Numbered from the stretch's first letter, positions 1-10,996 are shown. The stretch: 64,000 bases of DNA from Alphaproteobacteria bacterium (GCA_017465945.1 JAFTVD010000007.1:4926-68925), one strand, 5' to 3'. Numbers and translations are program-made. Notes: generated by a model not told the origin, from the sequence alone.

Positions 1-260
1 TTATAAGTAAAATTAGTCAGAATTGTCAAACATATAGGGCTTGAATCCTGTAAAAAACACCATTTTCATAACAAAAGATGGTGTTAAAACATTGGTGATG
101 CAATGCTTACGATTTACGAGTTAAACAACTTATTTTTTTTTTACAAATATACACTATAATCTTTTCAATGAAATAATTTTTCATCACATTAAAATATGTT
201 AATTTATTTAAAAAAACATTTACACAATATGAAATCTGTAATACCCCTTCATCAGAATAA

Positions 261-545
261 TTGAGAGGAAGTGATACTATGGAAGTTTTTATTGAATATG
301 GATTAGACTTTGATAATAATCGTTACGGATTTGGTCGTAGTGTGGAAATAGAATATGAAGATGGCACAGAAATCCGCACTAAAGATAAATATAAATTAAC
401 CAATCGTAGTTATTACTTTAGAATCTGGATAGGCAAAAAAGTGTTTATATGGTCGCAAGAAAAAGGATTTTATATCAAACAAAAAAATCGTAATAATTTT
501 AAAATCGTGCTTGGTTATGGCGGTATTTGTGTGAACAATCAATAA
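261..545 (+). CDS. hypothetical small protein (94 aa)
   Basis: ORF only; no recognisable motif. Sits between the window start and a tRNA. Confidence 0.25.
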   Translation: MRGSDTMEVFIEYGLDFDNNRYGFGRSVEIEYEDGTEIRTKDKYKLTNRSYYFRIWIGKKVFIWSQEKGFYIKQKNRNNFKIVLGYGGICVNNQ

Positions 546-722
546 ACAAATCTTTTAAAACATCCTACAAAATTAAACGTATAAAATAAAAACCTTAAAT
601 AGTTTAATAATTTTTTCGAGCATTTATCCCAAATGGCAATTTTTGAAAAACGAACATTCGAAACTGCCAAAAGGCTTGGAAACAAAAGAAAAAGCAGGCA
701 TTTTTCAGCCTGCTGTTTGTAT

Positions 723-798
723 TGGTGATCCCAACGGGATTCGAACCCGTGTTGCAGCCTTGAGAGGGCCGCGTCCTAGGCCTCTAGACGATGGGACC
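723..798 (-). tRNA. tRNA-Glu (anticodon CTC)
   Basis: Reverse complement reads GGTCCCATCGTCTAGAGGCCTAGGACGCGGCCCTCTCAAGGCTGCAACACGGGTTCGAATCCCGTTGGGATCACCA. It has a 7-bp acceptor stem, a T-loop GGTTCGAATCC, an anticodon loop CT-CTC-AA and a CCA end. Confidence 0.8.
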
Positions 799-870
799 AT
801 TAACCTAAAACATCTCTTAAATAAATCAAAACAATTTAATATGCAAGCAATTTTTAACAAACCACATTAA

Positions 871-1515
871 CTACTTAACATCTTGTCCTGGTTTTAGCAT
901 AAAACTTTTATCTATTTCATTAAAAAGGCAATATAAATCACACCCAAGCCTTTCATCAAACTCTTCTTTCATCTTATAAGAATTTTTTACAATATAACTC
1001 GGCATCTTAAAATTATATCTTTCAGAAAATTCTTTTTCTCTTTCATTAATAGTCACCAAACCATTACAATTTGCCAAGCTGTCACACAGTTGAATAATCT
1101 TATCATACTCATCAAGTTTATTATTTTTCACATACTTCTTAACAAACTCTTTATCGGTCACGTTGCCATAAAAATATCTATCAAAATCTTTTCCTCTTGG
1201 TAACATATTATAATAAAAAGAATGAGTCATAGATACTTTTGCAATATCACTATCTTTATCCTTAAACATTTCATAGCCTATAACCCCATGAAATCTCTTT
1301 TCATACATTTCATATATTTTACCACAATCATGCATTAAACCTAAAATATATGCTTTTTCGCCATCCAATCCCAATTTTTCTGCAATTTTTTCAGCCATTA
1401 AAGCCACTCCATAAACATGATTATGAAACTTATACCAAGTCCCCTTCTTTCTACCTTGTTTCAAATCGTATTTAAGTAGTTCGCTAATAAATTTTTGGGC
1501 TTTATATCTATTCAT
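871..1515 (-). CDS. HD-domain phosphohydrolase family protein
   Basis: H...HD motif (LGLMHDCGK) and an upstream HNH..G motif, typical of the HD superfamily. 214 aa. Confidence 0.55.
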   Translation of the reverse strand: MNRYKAQKFISELLKYDLKQGRKKGTWYKFHNHVYGVALMAEKIAEKLGLDGEKAYILGLMHDCGKIYEMYEKRFHGVIGYEMFKDKDSDIAKVSMTHSFYYNMLPRGKDFDRYFYGNVTDKEFVKKYVKNNKLDEYDKIIQLCDSLANCNGLVTINEREKEFSERYNFKMPSYIVKNSYKMKEEFDERLGCDLYCLFNEIDKSFMLKPGQDVK

Positions 1516-1605
1516 ACCTTTTCTCCTAACAAGAAAAACAATAACACCAAAAAATTAACATAACCTAAAAAAAGAACCATGCATTTGCATGATTCTTTAC
1601 TTTTA

Positions 1606-1989
1606 CTAAGGAATAGAGTCCTTTGGCATAACATTATACTGCTCTAAACGAACTATAATGTTTTTTCCATCAAACAAGCTATCTTTCAATAGCTCTGTAC
1701 CCTTACAAGCTTTCTTTACCGAAATAATCTTTATCCAAAAAAACACTTCGTCTTCTCTAGATAAATTTTTAACATTAAAATCAACAATCTTCGGAATTTT
1801 AAGCTTATAATTCTGATCTTTCTTTTTCGTATTCCAATCAACAACAATATCTGTACTTTTCTTTTCATAAAGTACAATACTATCATTTAGCATACGAAGA
1901 CTTTCCTCCACATTTTGTGCTTTCAATACATCAAAAGAAAACAACATACCAAAGCACATTAACAACATAATAATACGCTTCATAATCAC
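1606..1989 (-). CDS. hypothetical secreted protein (127 aa, N-terminal signal peptide)
   Basis: Hydrophobic N-terminus MKRIIMLLMCFGMLFSFDVLKAQN consistent with a signal peptide; no other motif. Confidence 0.4.
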   Translation of the reverse strand: MIMKRIIMLLMCFGMLFSFDVLKAQNVEESLRMLNDSIVLYEKKSTDIVVDWNTKKKDQNYKLKIPKIVDFNVKNLSREDEVFFWIKIISVKKACKGTELLKDSLFDGKNIIVRLEQYNVMPKDSIP

Positions 1990-2119
1990 TACCGGTTTAT
2001 TTTAAGAGATGCACTCCTTTAGATGCTCCGGATTACTCTTTTTTTAATAATTAAACATAAAAATATCGCGACCCAAACAAAATAAGAGCACTTTTTTCAA
2101 TCTTCAATTTATCCCATAC

Positions 2120-2152
2120 TAAAATACGGCAGTCTTATTCAAACTGCCGTAT
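2120..2152 (-). terminator. probable intrinsic terminator downstream of the RND pump gene
   Basis: Perfect hairpin atacggcagt...actgccgtat, followed on the minus strand by a T-rich run. Confidence 0.4.
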
Positions 2153-2171
2153 CAAAATTAATTAGGTTATC

Positions 2172-5100
2172 TTATTTTGATTTATAGACCTTATCAACCA
2201 CCGTTTGTACCATGATATACAAAAGTGGAATAACAATTAAACCAACAAGTGTACCAACAAGCATACCATAAAACACAGGCACACCCACCGCAATTCTAGA
2301 ACCAGAACAAGCTCCTGTTGCCCATACCATTGGAGCCACACCCAAAACGAATGTTAAAGCTGTCATCAACACTGCTCTAAAACGTTCTTTAAGCCCTGTA
2401 ACTGCCGCATCTAACACACTTGCACCATGTTCATGTTCTTCTTTTGAGAATTCCACAATCAAAATAGCATTCTTAGCAGACAAACCAACCAACAATACCA
2501 ATCCTAATTGTGCATATATACTCAAAGGCAATCCCTCAATCCACATACCAATAAAAGCACCAAACATAGCTGTTAAAGTTGATAAAATAACAGACATAGG
2601 AATACTCCAGCTTTCATATTGAGCAACCAAGAATAAATAAGCAAACAAAATAGCAAGCACGATTAATACACTAATTTGCCCTTGGTTACGTCTTTCTTGC
2701 AAGCTCATACCAGACCACTCATATGCATATTTATTTGACAATTTTTCATCAGCCATTTTTTCAACAGCTTCCATCGCTTCACCAGAACTTGAATCATCAG
2801 ATGCTACAATATTAACTGTTGCTGCAGGATATTGGTTATATCTATCAACCGCACGAGGAAGAGTAACCCTCTTGATTTCAATCAAACTACCCAAAGGTAC
2901 CATTTCCCCACTTGCACTCTGAACATACAAATCCTTAATACTTTGAAGATTTTTACGATATTTCCAATCTGCCTGAACCATAACTTTATTAGCTTGTGTA
3001 CCAATATTTACGTCATTTACATACATAGAACCTAAATATGTTTGAAGTGTAGAATATATACTACCAATACTAACCCCCATTAACTCAGCCTTTTCACGAT
3101 TAATATCTAAATAAGCATGAGGAGTTTGTGACGTAAATGTAGAATAAGCCATTTTAACTTCTGGTAATTTATTAAGTTCAACTAAAAACTCATTTAAATT
3201 ACGTTGTAGCTCATTCATATCCGTACTTTCAATAGCTTGGAATCTCAAATCCATACTATTATTGCTACCAAGACCAGGAATAGCAGGCATTTCAAATAAC
3301 ATGATGTTTGCATCTGTAATTTTGCTCATTTCTGCAGTAATTCTATTTCTAATATTAGTAGAAAAATCTATAATATCAGAACGTTCTTCCCACGGTTTCA
3401 ATGCGATAACGTTAAAACCAACGTTTTCACCTTGTCCTGCCAAAATACTAAATCCTCTCAAATTCATAACAGAGCGAACACCTTTTTCAGCTTTAATGAT
3501 ATCACGAGTTTTATCAATAACATCCAAAGTTCTCTTACCTGCACTACCTTCAGGAAGTTGAATATTAGCCATAATCACACCTTGGTCTTCATCTGGCAAG
3601 AATGATGATTTAATGCTAGAAACAGAAAAGAGGTTAAGCGCAATCAAAGCGAGAGCAATAAATACAATAACCACCATCTTTCTACCAATAAAAGCCACAA
3701 ACTTAACATACTTATTTCTAGATGAATTAATAAATTGCTCAAATCTAAATAAAAATCCTGATGTTTTAGGTTCAATAGGACGAAGAATTGTCGCACACAA
3801 TGCAGGACTTAATGTTAAAGCATTAACACCAGAGAAAAGCACCGCAAAAGAAATAGCAATCGCAAATTGTTGATAAATTCTACCTGTCACACCACCCATA
3901 AATGCAATAGGCACAAAAATAGCCAATAACACCAATGTTGCCGCCACAATCGCAGAAGACACTTGTTCCATAGCCTTTGTTGCAGCCTGCTTTTGATTTA
4001 AGTGTTCATGCTCCATAAGATAAAGCACACGCTCTACCACAATAATAGCATCATCTACCACTAAACCAATAGCCAAAATCAAACCAAATAATGTTAAAAT
4101 ATTTAAGTTATATCCTAAAGCTAACATCACAGCAAATGTTGCTAAGATAGATACCGGAATAGCAATAGAAGGAATAAGCGTAGCTCTCCAATCCTGTAAA
4201 AAGATATAACAAACTAATACCACCAAAATAAATGTCAAAACAAGGGTAAATACAACCTCTTCAATAGACACTTTGATAAAATCTGTTGCATCAAAAAAGA
4301 TTCTAACTTCAAAATCTTCAGGAAAATATTTTTCCAAACGTTTCAATTCTGCCTTAACCGCATCCATAGCTTTCAAAGCATTCGCACCAGAAAGTTTATT
4401 TACCATGATAGCAACGTTAGGCTGTCCATCTACATCTGACTGTAATAAATAGTTTTCAGGCCCAATTTCAACAGTAGCAATATCTTTTAATCTAACTAAA
4501 CCACCTTCTTGTTCTGTTCTAACAATAATATTTTCAAAGTCTTTAGCCTCATTCAAACGACCTTTTGTTTCCAATGAAAACACTATTTTACTAGTACCAT
4601 CATTAGGTTCTGCACCAACAGACCCAAGTGATGGTTGATAGTTTTGAGAGCTTATTGCGCTTCTAACAGCACTAATAGGAAGGTTTAACGCTGCCATTTT
4701 ATCAGCATCAAGCCATACTCGCATACTCAAGTCAGAACCCATTACATGAGCATCACCAACACCATACTGACGACCTAAGTTATTTTTAATGTTGTTTGTT
4801 ACATAGTTATTTAAAAAGTTTCTATCATGTGTACCATTGGGCGAAATAGCTTGTAAAAAGCCCAAAATTTCAGAAGAACGACGTACAACATTCACACCTC
4901 TTGCCTGCACTTCATCAGGAAGAGAGTTAATAGCTTTTTGCACCCTGTTTTGTACTTTTACTTGAGCAAGGTCTGGGTCTGTACCAATTTCAAAGCTAAT
5001 ATCAAGTTGATAACGTCCCGAGTTATATGAAGATGAATTCATATACATCATATTATCAACACCATTAATTTCCTTCTCAATAGGTATAGCAACCGTATTA

Positions 5101-5276
5101 GCAACTGTTTCCGCACTAGCACCTGTATAGTCCGCAAATACTGTAACTTGTGGAGGGGTAATTTCAGGATACATTGCAACAGGAAGTGTAAAAATCGCAA
5201 TTAATCCGGCCAAACTCATCACAATAGCAATAACTATTGCAAATCTAGGTCTTTCAATAAAAAACTTAGAAAACAT
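2172..5276 (-). CDS. RND multidrug efflux permease, AcrB/MexB (HAE1) family
   Basis: 1034 aa with a 12-TM architecture and two large periplasmic loops. Strongly AcrB-like conserved blocks throughout. Immediately downstream of the fusion-protein gene on the same strand. Confidence 0.9.
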   Translation of the reverse strand: MFSKFFIERPRFAIVIAIVMSLAGLIAIFTLPVAMYPEITPPQVTVFADYTGASAETVANTVAIPIEKEINGVDNMMYMNSSSYNSGRYQLDISFEIGTDPDLAQVKVQNRVQKAINSLPDEVQARGVNVVRRSSEILGFLQAISPNGTHDRNFLNNYVTNNIKNNLGRQYGVGDAHVMGSDLSMRVWLDADKMAALNLPISAVRSAISSQNYQPSLGSVGAEPNDGTSKIVFSLETKGRLNEAKDFENIIVRTEQEGGLVRLKDIATVEIGPENYLLQSDVDGQPNVAIMVNKLSGANALKAMDAVKAELKRLEKYFPEDFEVRIFFDATDFIKVSIEEVVFTLVLTFILVVLVCYIFLQDWRATLIPSIAIPVSILATFAVMLALGYNLNILTLFGLILAIGLVVDDAIIVVERVLYLMEHEHLNQKQAATKAMEQVSSAIVAATLVLLAIFVPIAFMGGVTGRIYQQFAIAISFAVLFSGVNALTLSPALCATILRPIEPKTSGFLFRFEQFINSSRNKYVKFVAFIGRKMVVIVFIALALIALNLFSVSSIKSSFLPDEDQGVIMANIQLPEGSAGKRTLDVIDKTRDIIKAEKGVRSVMNLRGFSILAGQGENVGFNVIALKPWEERSDIIDFSTNIRNRITAEMSKITDANIMLFEMPAIPGLGSNNSMDLRFQAIESTDMNELQRNLNEFLVELNKLPEVKMAYSTFTSQTPHAYLDINREKAELMGVSIGSIYSTLQTYLGSMYVNDVNIGTQANKVMVQADWKYRKNLQSIKDLYVQSASGEMVPLGSLIEIKRVTLPRAVDRYNQYPAATVNIVASDDSSSGEAMEAVEKMADEKLSNKYAYEWSGMSLQERRNQGQISVLIVLAILFAYLFLVAQYESWSIPMSVILSTLTAMFGAFIGMWIEGLPLSIYAQLGLVLLVGLSAKNAILIVEFSKEEHEHGASVLDAAVTGLKERFRAVLMTALTFVLGVAPMVWATGACSGSRIAVGVPVFYGMLVGTLVGLIVIPLLYIMVQTVVDKVYKSK

Positions 5277-5291
5277 TAATAATCCCCTTAA

Positions 5292-6455
5292 TTATTGAGC
5301 AACAACGTTAACTGTAGCACCATCTCTTAACATTCTATTAGCCAAACCGCCTAATAAAATTTCTTCACCATCTTTCAAACCTTCCAAAATAACTTGCTTA
5401 CCACTAAAAGTTTCACCAAGTTTTACTTTTCTCTGAAAAGCTTTAAAACTATTGTCTGCTTGAGCAACAACAACATAAACGTATGCATCTTCCTCAACTT
5501 GCACAATAGATTCTTCAGGAACAACTACATTTTTGCGAGGTTTATGAGAGGTAATAAACATCTTCACATAAGCACCAGGTTTTAATAATCCCATATCATT
5601 TTTAATATCTGCATACACCCCAACACTAGCAGTACCTGTTTTCACTTCATTACTTGCAAAAACAGTATCTAACTTTTCACTAAATATTTCACCATTAGCA
5701 AGCTCAATATTGATAACAAAATCACTTAACTCTTGCTTACCTTGAGCTTTCATTGCCAAATATTCTTTGTCAGTTAAAGAAAATGCTATACGAATAGGGT
5801 TTATTTGTACAACTCTAGCCAACGGATTATTTATATTAGACGCATTAATATAGTTACCAACAGTAACATTAGTTTTACCAATAACGCCATCAATATATGC
5901 TTTAACTTCAGTATTATCTAAATCATTCTTTGCTAATTTAAGATTTGCTTCATTCTGAGCAACCGCAGCTTTCGCTTGTAAATATGCACTTTCAGCACTA
6001 TCAAATGTTGCTTGAGATGCAATATTTTTAGAACTTAATTGTTTTTGTCTTTTAAAATCACGCTCTGTTTTAGTAAGATTAGCTTTCGCACTTTCTAATT
6101 GTGCTTTTGCCAAATCATACTTTGCTTGATAGGTGTCTTTATCAATTACAAACAAAGCATCATCTTTTTTAACAAAGCCGCCTTCTTTAAAATTAACCTT
6201 ATCCAAGCTACCACTAACCTTTGCAACAACATCAACACTATTAATAGCTTCAACAAGAGCAACATAAGTTTTAGGATTATTAATTACTTCTTCTTTTGCC
6301 TTTACAACAGTTACATTAACAGGAGGAAGACCGCCTTGAATTTCCTTTTGCCCATAAAAATGACATCCAGCACTAACACCTAGTAAAACAATAGCACCTG
6401 CCCACAAATATTTTCTACTACTTGTTTTTGATTTACTCTGCTCAATCTTGCTCAT
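5292..6455 (-). CDS. RND efflux periplasmic adaptor (AcrA/MexA family membrane fusion lipoprotein)
   Basis: Lipobox LLGVSAGC. Coiled-coil hairpin region (AKAQLESAKANL... / AKAAVAQNEANLKLAKNDL) and a beta-barrel/MP domain. 16 nt upstream of the pump gene. Confidence 0.85.
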   Translation of the reverse strand: MSKIEQSKSKTSSRKYLWAGAIVLLGVSAGCHFYGQKEIQGGLPPVNVTVVKAKEEVINNPKTYVALVEAINSVDVVAKVSGSLDKVNFKEGGFVKKDDALFVIDKDTYQAKYDLAKAQLESAKANLTKTERDFKRQKQLSSKNIASQATFDSAESAYLQAKAAVAQNEANLKLAKNDLDNTEVKAYIDGVIGKTNVTVGNYINASNINNPLARVVQINPIRIAFSLTDKEYLAMKAQGKQELSDFVINIELANGEIFSEKLDTVFASNEVKTGTASVGVYADIKNDMGLLKPGAYVKMFITSHKPRKNVVVPEESIVQVEEDAYVYVVVAQADNSFKAFQRKVKLGETFSGKQVILEGLKDGEEILLGGLANRMLRDGATVNVVAQ

Positions 6456-6467
6456 TTTAATACCTTC

Positions 6468-7079
6468 CTATTTTTTTAACCCTTCAAATAAAAAACTTAA
6501 ACCTATTCTAACTTTTTCATCAATATTTCCACCCGTAAATCTATTTAAAGATGAAAATACGATTCCCATATAAGTAGAGCGAACAATATCCGAAACCATA
6601 GATAAATCAAGGTCTTTTTTTAGTTCGCCACGTTCCTGACATTTTACCAAAACTTGATTAATTTTTTCTAAATGCCAATCTGTCTGTGTAGCTAAATTCT
6701 TTTGCACACGACTAACAACAGCCTCAGACCATTCCATCTGGCAAATAACAAATCTATTAAATTTAGAAAATCTTGCATCATCACGCAAAACCTTTGCCCA
6801 AACAGTAAAATAGTCCAATAAATCTTCTAATGTATCACCTTCTGGAATATTTTGTGCCAATTCTTGTCTTTTTCTTTCCATATATTCCACAATTAGAGCT
6901 GCTACTAAATCTGCCTTATTTCTAAAATACCAATAAACAGCTCCTTTTGTAAACCCTGCCCTCGCAGCAATTTCATCAAATGTAGCTTTTGCATATCCTT
7001 TTTCAGAAAACACATCCAAAGCAGATTCTATAACTGCTTGTCTTGTCTTTTCCGCATCTTCTTTACATTTTCTTGCCAT
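6468..7079 (-). CDS. TetR/AcrR-family transcriptional repressor
   Basis: N-terminal HTH signature (AKATFDEIAARAGFTKGAVYWYFRNKADL) and a helical ligand domain. First gene of the tetR-acrA-acrB operon. Confidence 0.85.
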   Translation of the reverse strand: MARKCKEDAEKTRQAVIESALDVFSEKGYAKATFDEIAARAGFTKGAVYWYFRNKADLVAALIVEYMERKRQELAQNIPEGDTLEDLLDYFTVWAKVLRDDARFSKFNRFVICQMEWSEAVVSRVQKNLATQTDWHLEKINQVLVKCQERGELKKDLDLSMVSDIVRSTYMGIVFSSLNRFTGGNIDEKVRIGLSFLFEGLKK

Positions 7080-7100
7080 TTCATCACCTGAATTTAAAAT

Positions 7101-7118
7101 ACATACTAAAATGTATGT
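7101..7118. promoter_or_regulatory. candidate TetR operator: 6-4-6 perfect palindrome ACATAC-taaa-GTATGT, 22 bp upstream of the tetR start
   Basis: Perfect inverted repeat read directly from the sequence, in the promoter region of the efflux operon. Confidence 0.35.
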
Positions 7119-7199
7119 TACATATTTTTAGATAAAAAGTCAATATTTTTCAAAAAAATCATTTATTTTTTTTATCAAAAAAGGTATGTTAATTTTTAG

Positions 7200-7772
7200 T
7201 TAAAAAGGTTCTTCAATATTAATATCAGATAACATCGCAAAAAAGTCATCTTCTTGAATACTTGAAATATATGCTCCAACTTTAACATCTTCAAATGCCT
7301 TTATATAAAACATTCTAAATTTAACAAAAGTTATTCCGTCAACAGAAAAAAAGACCTCAAATTCATCACCAACACGAACAATTCTAAACCATATCTCATT
7401 ATTATATCCATTTATAACACTTTTTGCTAAATCCGAATGCCCCAAAGTCGTAAACGATGAAATTACAGAAAAATCATTACTTGTCTCTTTTTCAATAGAA
7501 GCCTTAAACCAATTTCTTTCATCAATTCTAACCATAATTCCGCATTGTGCCAATTCTTTTAAATCTTCTATTTTCCATTTCAGAGTTAATTGAAAATCTC
7601 CATTTTGACGACAAAAGAAAAAATGTCCATTATCTTTTTTATATCCTCTATGCACACTTTGCCAAAAATCTGTATCTGATTTTGCATATACAGTCATTGC
7701 ATCAATATCAAAACGCACATTTTCAGGATCATTATACCATTCAAATTTTTCTAAAACTTCAAAATTCATCAA
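7200..7772 (-). CDS. DUF1349-like protein (concanavalin-like fold family)
   Basis: W.N.P...D...DFW motif pattern ([28 protein letters not shown]) typical of DUF1349. 190 aa. Confidence 0.45.
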   Translation of the reverse strand: MMNFEVLEKFEWYNDPENVRFDIDAMTVYAKSDTDFWQSVHRGYKKDNGHFFFCRQNGDFQLTLKWKIEDLKELAQCGIMVRIDERNWFKASIEKETSNDFSVISSFTTLGHSDLAKSVINGYNNEIWFRIVRVGDEFEVFFSVDGITFVKFRMFYIKAFEDVKVGAYISSIQEDDFFAMLSDINIEEPF

Positions 7773-8647
7773 AAAGTCCTTATCTGTTCCTCACTTGTAT
7801 TTTTCAAAACACATTCTAATTCTGTGTTTTTGACTTTTGGCGACATAATAACAAGATTGATAATTTCATCACCAACACCATTTTTTGTCTTAATTCCTTT
7901 ACCTTTTAATCTCAATTTTTCTCCACTAGAAGAATAAGGTGGAATATTAACATTTACCTTTCCCGTAATCGTTGGTACAACTACTTTACCCCCTAATACA
8001 GCTTCTTTCATAGATATAGGCAAATCAAGCATAATATTTTTTCCATCCACCCTAAAATATGGATGTTTTTTTACTTTAATAGTAACAAGAGCATCTCCAT
8101 TAGCACCATTATTAAAACCAACTCCTCCTTGTCCTTTTAATCGTAAAATTTGCCCACTTTCAGTTCCAGCAGGTATTTTTATGTTAATTTGCTTCCCCCC
8201 CATAATAACACTTTTTTCACCACCAACAACCGCATCAAGAAAGTCAACATCTAAAGAATACGATACATCTTGCCCTTTTCTTGGCCTATTAGAAAAGTTT
8301 CCTCCATTAAATTGGCTAAATATATCTTCACCAAATATAGATGAAAAATCAAACCCACCACTATTAAATCCATTAAATCCGGCACCATTTCCCATACCCA
8401 TACCAAAACCAGTAGGCTTACCATCACCATCTATTTCATTATTATCATATTTACTTCTTTTATCTTTATCACCCAAAATATCATACGCAGCAGAAATTTC
8501 CTTAAACTTTTCTGCTGCTTCCTTATTATCTTTATTTAGATCTGGATGATATTTTCTTGCAAGCTTTCTATATTGAGATTTTATTTCCGTTGCACTAGCT
8601 GTTTTACTTACACCTAAAATATCATATAAATTTTTTGCCATATTCAT
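7769..8647 (-). CDS. DnaJ-domain co-chaperone of CbpA type (J-domain plus G/F region, no zinc finger)
   Basis: J-domain with HPD ([35 protein letters not shown]). Gly/Phe-rich linker and C-terminal DnaJ substrate-binding domains. No CxxCxGxG repeats. Confidence 0.75.
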   Translation of the reverse strand: MNMAKNLYDILGVSKTASATEIKSQYRKLARKYHPDLNKDNKEAAEKFKEISAAYDILGDKDKRSKYDNNEIDGDGKPTGFGMGMGNGAGFNGFNSGGFDFSSIFGEDIFSQFNGGNFSNRPRKGQDVSYSLDVDFLDAVVGGEKSVIMGGKQINIKIPAGTESGQILRLKGQGGVGFNNGANGDALVTIKVKKHPYFRVDGKNIMLDLPISMKEAVLGGKVVVPTITGKVNVNIPPYSSSGEKLRLKGKGIKTKNGVGDEIINLVIMSPKVKNTELECVLKNTSEEQIRTF

Positions 8648-8683
8648 TCCCTTTAGTTTTTAAATAATATAGGGAATTTTATT

Positions 8684-9091
8684 TTAGATTGCAAGACTTA
8701 CGCAATCAAAAGTTGCCCTCATAAATCCGTTATAAAACATATTAACTTCTCTCAAATAAGGAGAGCGCCCATAAGCAACATCATCACAATACAAAGAAGC
8801 TAAAGGAGAAATTTCATCAACTCTAACATTTTTATACTGATATGTAACAAAATTATCACCTTCACTTACAACAAAAACATCATTTGCAGAAATAAGTCTT
8901 CCATCATCTGCAACTAATGTTTGACCATCATAATTTTTATTAACTTGGTCAACATAATATTCTTCTTGTTCATTTACTACCATATCTGCACTACTTAATT
9001 TAGTATCATCAACCCAAATATACTCTGTAGTACATGCGTTCAACATTAAAAATAACAAAAACAACCAAAATTTACGCATAATTCCCTCCAC
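8684..9091 (-). CDS. hypothetical lipoprotein (135 aa)
   Basis: Signal peptide plus lipobox LNAC. Translationally coupled to the upstream small secreted protein gene (shared nucleotide at 9091). Confidence 0.4.
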   Translation of the reverse strand: MEGIMRKFWLFLLFLMLNACTTEYIWVDDTKLSSADMVVNEQEEYYVDQVNKNYDGQTLVADDGRLISANDVFVVSEGDNFVTYQYKNVRVDEISPLASLYCDDVAYGRSPYLREVNMFYNGFMRATFDCVSLAI

Positions 9092-9405
9092 TACTTCAAT
9101 TCATTATATATTTCTTTTCCAGTACGTTCCAAAATTCTCATAATTTTTTGATTTTTTGCATCATTTGGTTTTGAATTATCTAATTTTTCTAACATTTTAG
9201 ATAATTCTTGATTAAATCTGCTATATTGTCTTAATTTATCCAAATCAGAAACAATACTTTTATCGTTCATTTTATGTTCTGAAACCACTTTTAACGTTGC
9301 TAAATATTTAGCTTTATTCAAAGTTGTAGATTGAGCCCAAACACTCACCACGGGCAAAACCAACAAAAATAAACTTAAAATCAAAATTTTTCGCATTTTA
9401 AACAC
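9091..9405 (-). CDS. hypothetical secreted protein (104 aa)
   Basis: Signal peptide ending VSVWAQS; a charged helical protein. Confidence 0.4.
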   Translation of the reverse strand: MFKMRKILILSLFLLVLPVVSVWAQSTTLNKAKYLATLKVVSEHKMNDKSIVSDLDKLRQYSRFNQELSKMLEKLDNSKPNDAKNQKIMRILERTGKEIYNELK

Positions 9406-9505
9406 TCTATAAAATGAAATTACACTTGCATATATTCTCCAATATCATATATAACTTAATAAAATACTAAAACTTGAACCTTATTTTGTAAAAAAGTTTA
9501 TAGAC

Positions 9506-10483
9506 ATGAAAAAAACTATTTGGATATTAACGGATAATCGCATCGGAAGTCGCCACCAAGCAGAAGGAATTGCAAATTATTTAGATAAAGAACAATTCGA
9601 AATAATCGAAAAAAGATTAGAATATACAAAACTTGCAGGTCTTCCAAATTTTATTCGTGGCAAAACATTACTTGGATTAACAAATGATTCTAAACAAACA
9701 ATCCAATCACCATATCCAGATATTGTATTATCTTCAACAAGAAGAACAGCGCCTATTGCTCGCTATATAAAAAAGAAAAACAAACCAACAAAACTTGTTC
9801 AACTAATACATATCGGCAAAACAGGACTAAAGGAATTTGAACTTGTTTTCGTTCCCGAACATGATAAACACAAAACACAATCTCCAAATATCAGATATAC
9901 AACAGGAGCACCACACTTTATTACAAAAGAAAAGTTAGATACCGCCCAAAAAGAATGGTCTAAAACTTTTTCTCATCTTCCCCACCCAATTACAGCACTA
10001 ATAATAGGAGGCGCCATAAAAAAACACCAATTTTCACTTGAAAACGCAAAAAATTTAGCAATACACGTAAAACAATTAAAAGAAAAAGAAGGTGGCTCTC
10101 TATTAATAACAACCTCCAGAAGAACAGGTTTAGAGGCTGAAACAGAAATAATGAAACACTTAAAAAACATCCCTCATTATAGCTATTTATGGGGTGATAC
10201 AGGTAACAACCCATATTTAGGTTTTCTTGCTTGTTCTGATAATATAATTGTAACAGGCGATTCTGTTTCAATGTGTTGTGAAGCAACAGCCACACAAAAA
10301 CCATTAAGAATATTTACAGGGCAAAACTGGCTAACACAAAAGCACATGAGATTCGTTCAATCTTTGTATGATAAAGGTTATGCAACACAATTATCTAAAG
10401 AAAACCAAACTCAACAAACATCATCACAACCACTAAATACAGCAAAACAAATTGCAGATTTAATATCTACATTAATCAGTTAA
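9506..10483 (+). CDS. ELM1-family (PF06258-like) predicted glycosyltransferase/epimerase
   Basis: N-terminus ILTDNRIGSRHQAEGIANYL resembles the ELM1 'mitochondrial fission' family signature (ILxLSDGRAGHxNQSLGLAEAL). 325 aa. Confidence 0.45.
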   Translation: MKKTIWILTDNRIGSRHQAEGIANYLDKEQFEIIEKRLEYTKLAGLPNFIRGKTLLGLTNDSKQTIQSPYPDIVLSSTRRTAPIARYIKKKNKPTKLVQLIHIGKTGLKEFELVFVPEHDKHKTQSPNIRYTTGAPHFITKEKLDTAQKEWSKTFSHLPHPITALIIGGAIKKHQFSLENAKNLAIHVKQLKEKEGGSLLITTSRRTGLEAETEIMKHLKNIPHYSYLWGDTGNNPYLGFLACSDNIIVTGDSVSMCCEATATQKPLRIFTGQNWLTQKHMRFVQSLYDKGYATQLSKENQTQQTSSQPLNTAKQIADLISTLIS

Positions 10484-10996
10484 ACACTCCTCATATGGAG
10501 CTATAACCAAATTTATATTGTTTTCTAATTCTTCAAAAGACTTAGCTTCTTTTAGTATATTCAAAACATCATTATATACACATATAACATCATTAAACGT
10601 AACACTTTTACCTATCATTTGTTGTGATGAAAATTTTTGTAAATTAGCATAAGCATTTGTATTATCATCCCATTTTTCTAAAAAAGCCCTTTTTGTATCA
10701 TTTTTCTCTTCTTTTCCATATCTTTTCTCATTCCAATAATAATTATTATACATAGCTTTGTTTAAGTTATTTACATATTTTTCGTCATCTTCATTCAATT
10801 CACTTTTTAATATTTTTTCTAAAGGAATAATTATAGATATTTTTTTTGCTCTCATAAGCATATTATAGCATCTTTTTGAAATATTATCATATATTCTAAA
10901 CGAGCATTTTTCATTACTATTCATAGCTTTTGATAAACACAAATTTTCAATCTCTTCATATAATTTTTTTGCCCAATAAAAACGCAATTCTGACAT
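10472..10996 (-). CDS. hypothetical protein (about 174 aa from MSELRF)
   Basis: ORF with an internal ATG at 10996 chosen as the start; Cys/Tyr/Asn-rich; no motif. Confidence 0.3.
   Translation of the reverse strand: MSELRFYWAKKLYEEIENLCLSKAMNSNEKCSFRIYDNISKRCYNMLMRAKKISIIIPLEKILKSELNEDDEKYVNNLNKAMYNNYYWNEKRYGKEEKNDTKRAFLEKWDDNTNAYANLQKFSSQQMIGKSVTFNDVICVYNDVLNILKEAKSFEELENNINLVIAPYEECLTD

Noticed and set aside
55-88. 8-bp inverted repeat AACACCAT…ATGGTGTT near the window start
   Set aside because: The stem is short, the loop is 14 nt, and there is no clear T-run or gene context inside the window, so I could not call it a terminator or a regulatory site.
643-870. 75-aa plus-strand ORF
   Set aside because: It completely overlaps the tRNA-Glu gene on the opposite strand, which makes it a spurious ORF through a structured RNA.
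2832-3873. Three plus-strand ORFs (67, 99 and 86 aa) inside the RND pump gene
   Set aside because: They are antisense to a well-supported 1034-aa CDS, with no RBS or motifs; this is typical shadow-ORF noise in AT-rich DNA.
8181-8549. 122-aa Pro/Ser-rich plus-strand ORF
   Set aside because: It is antisense to the DnaJ-like gene. Its low-complexity proline-rich translation is the mirror of the Gly/Phe-rich linker.
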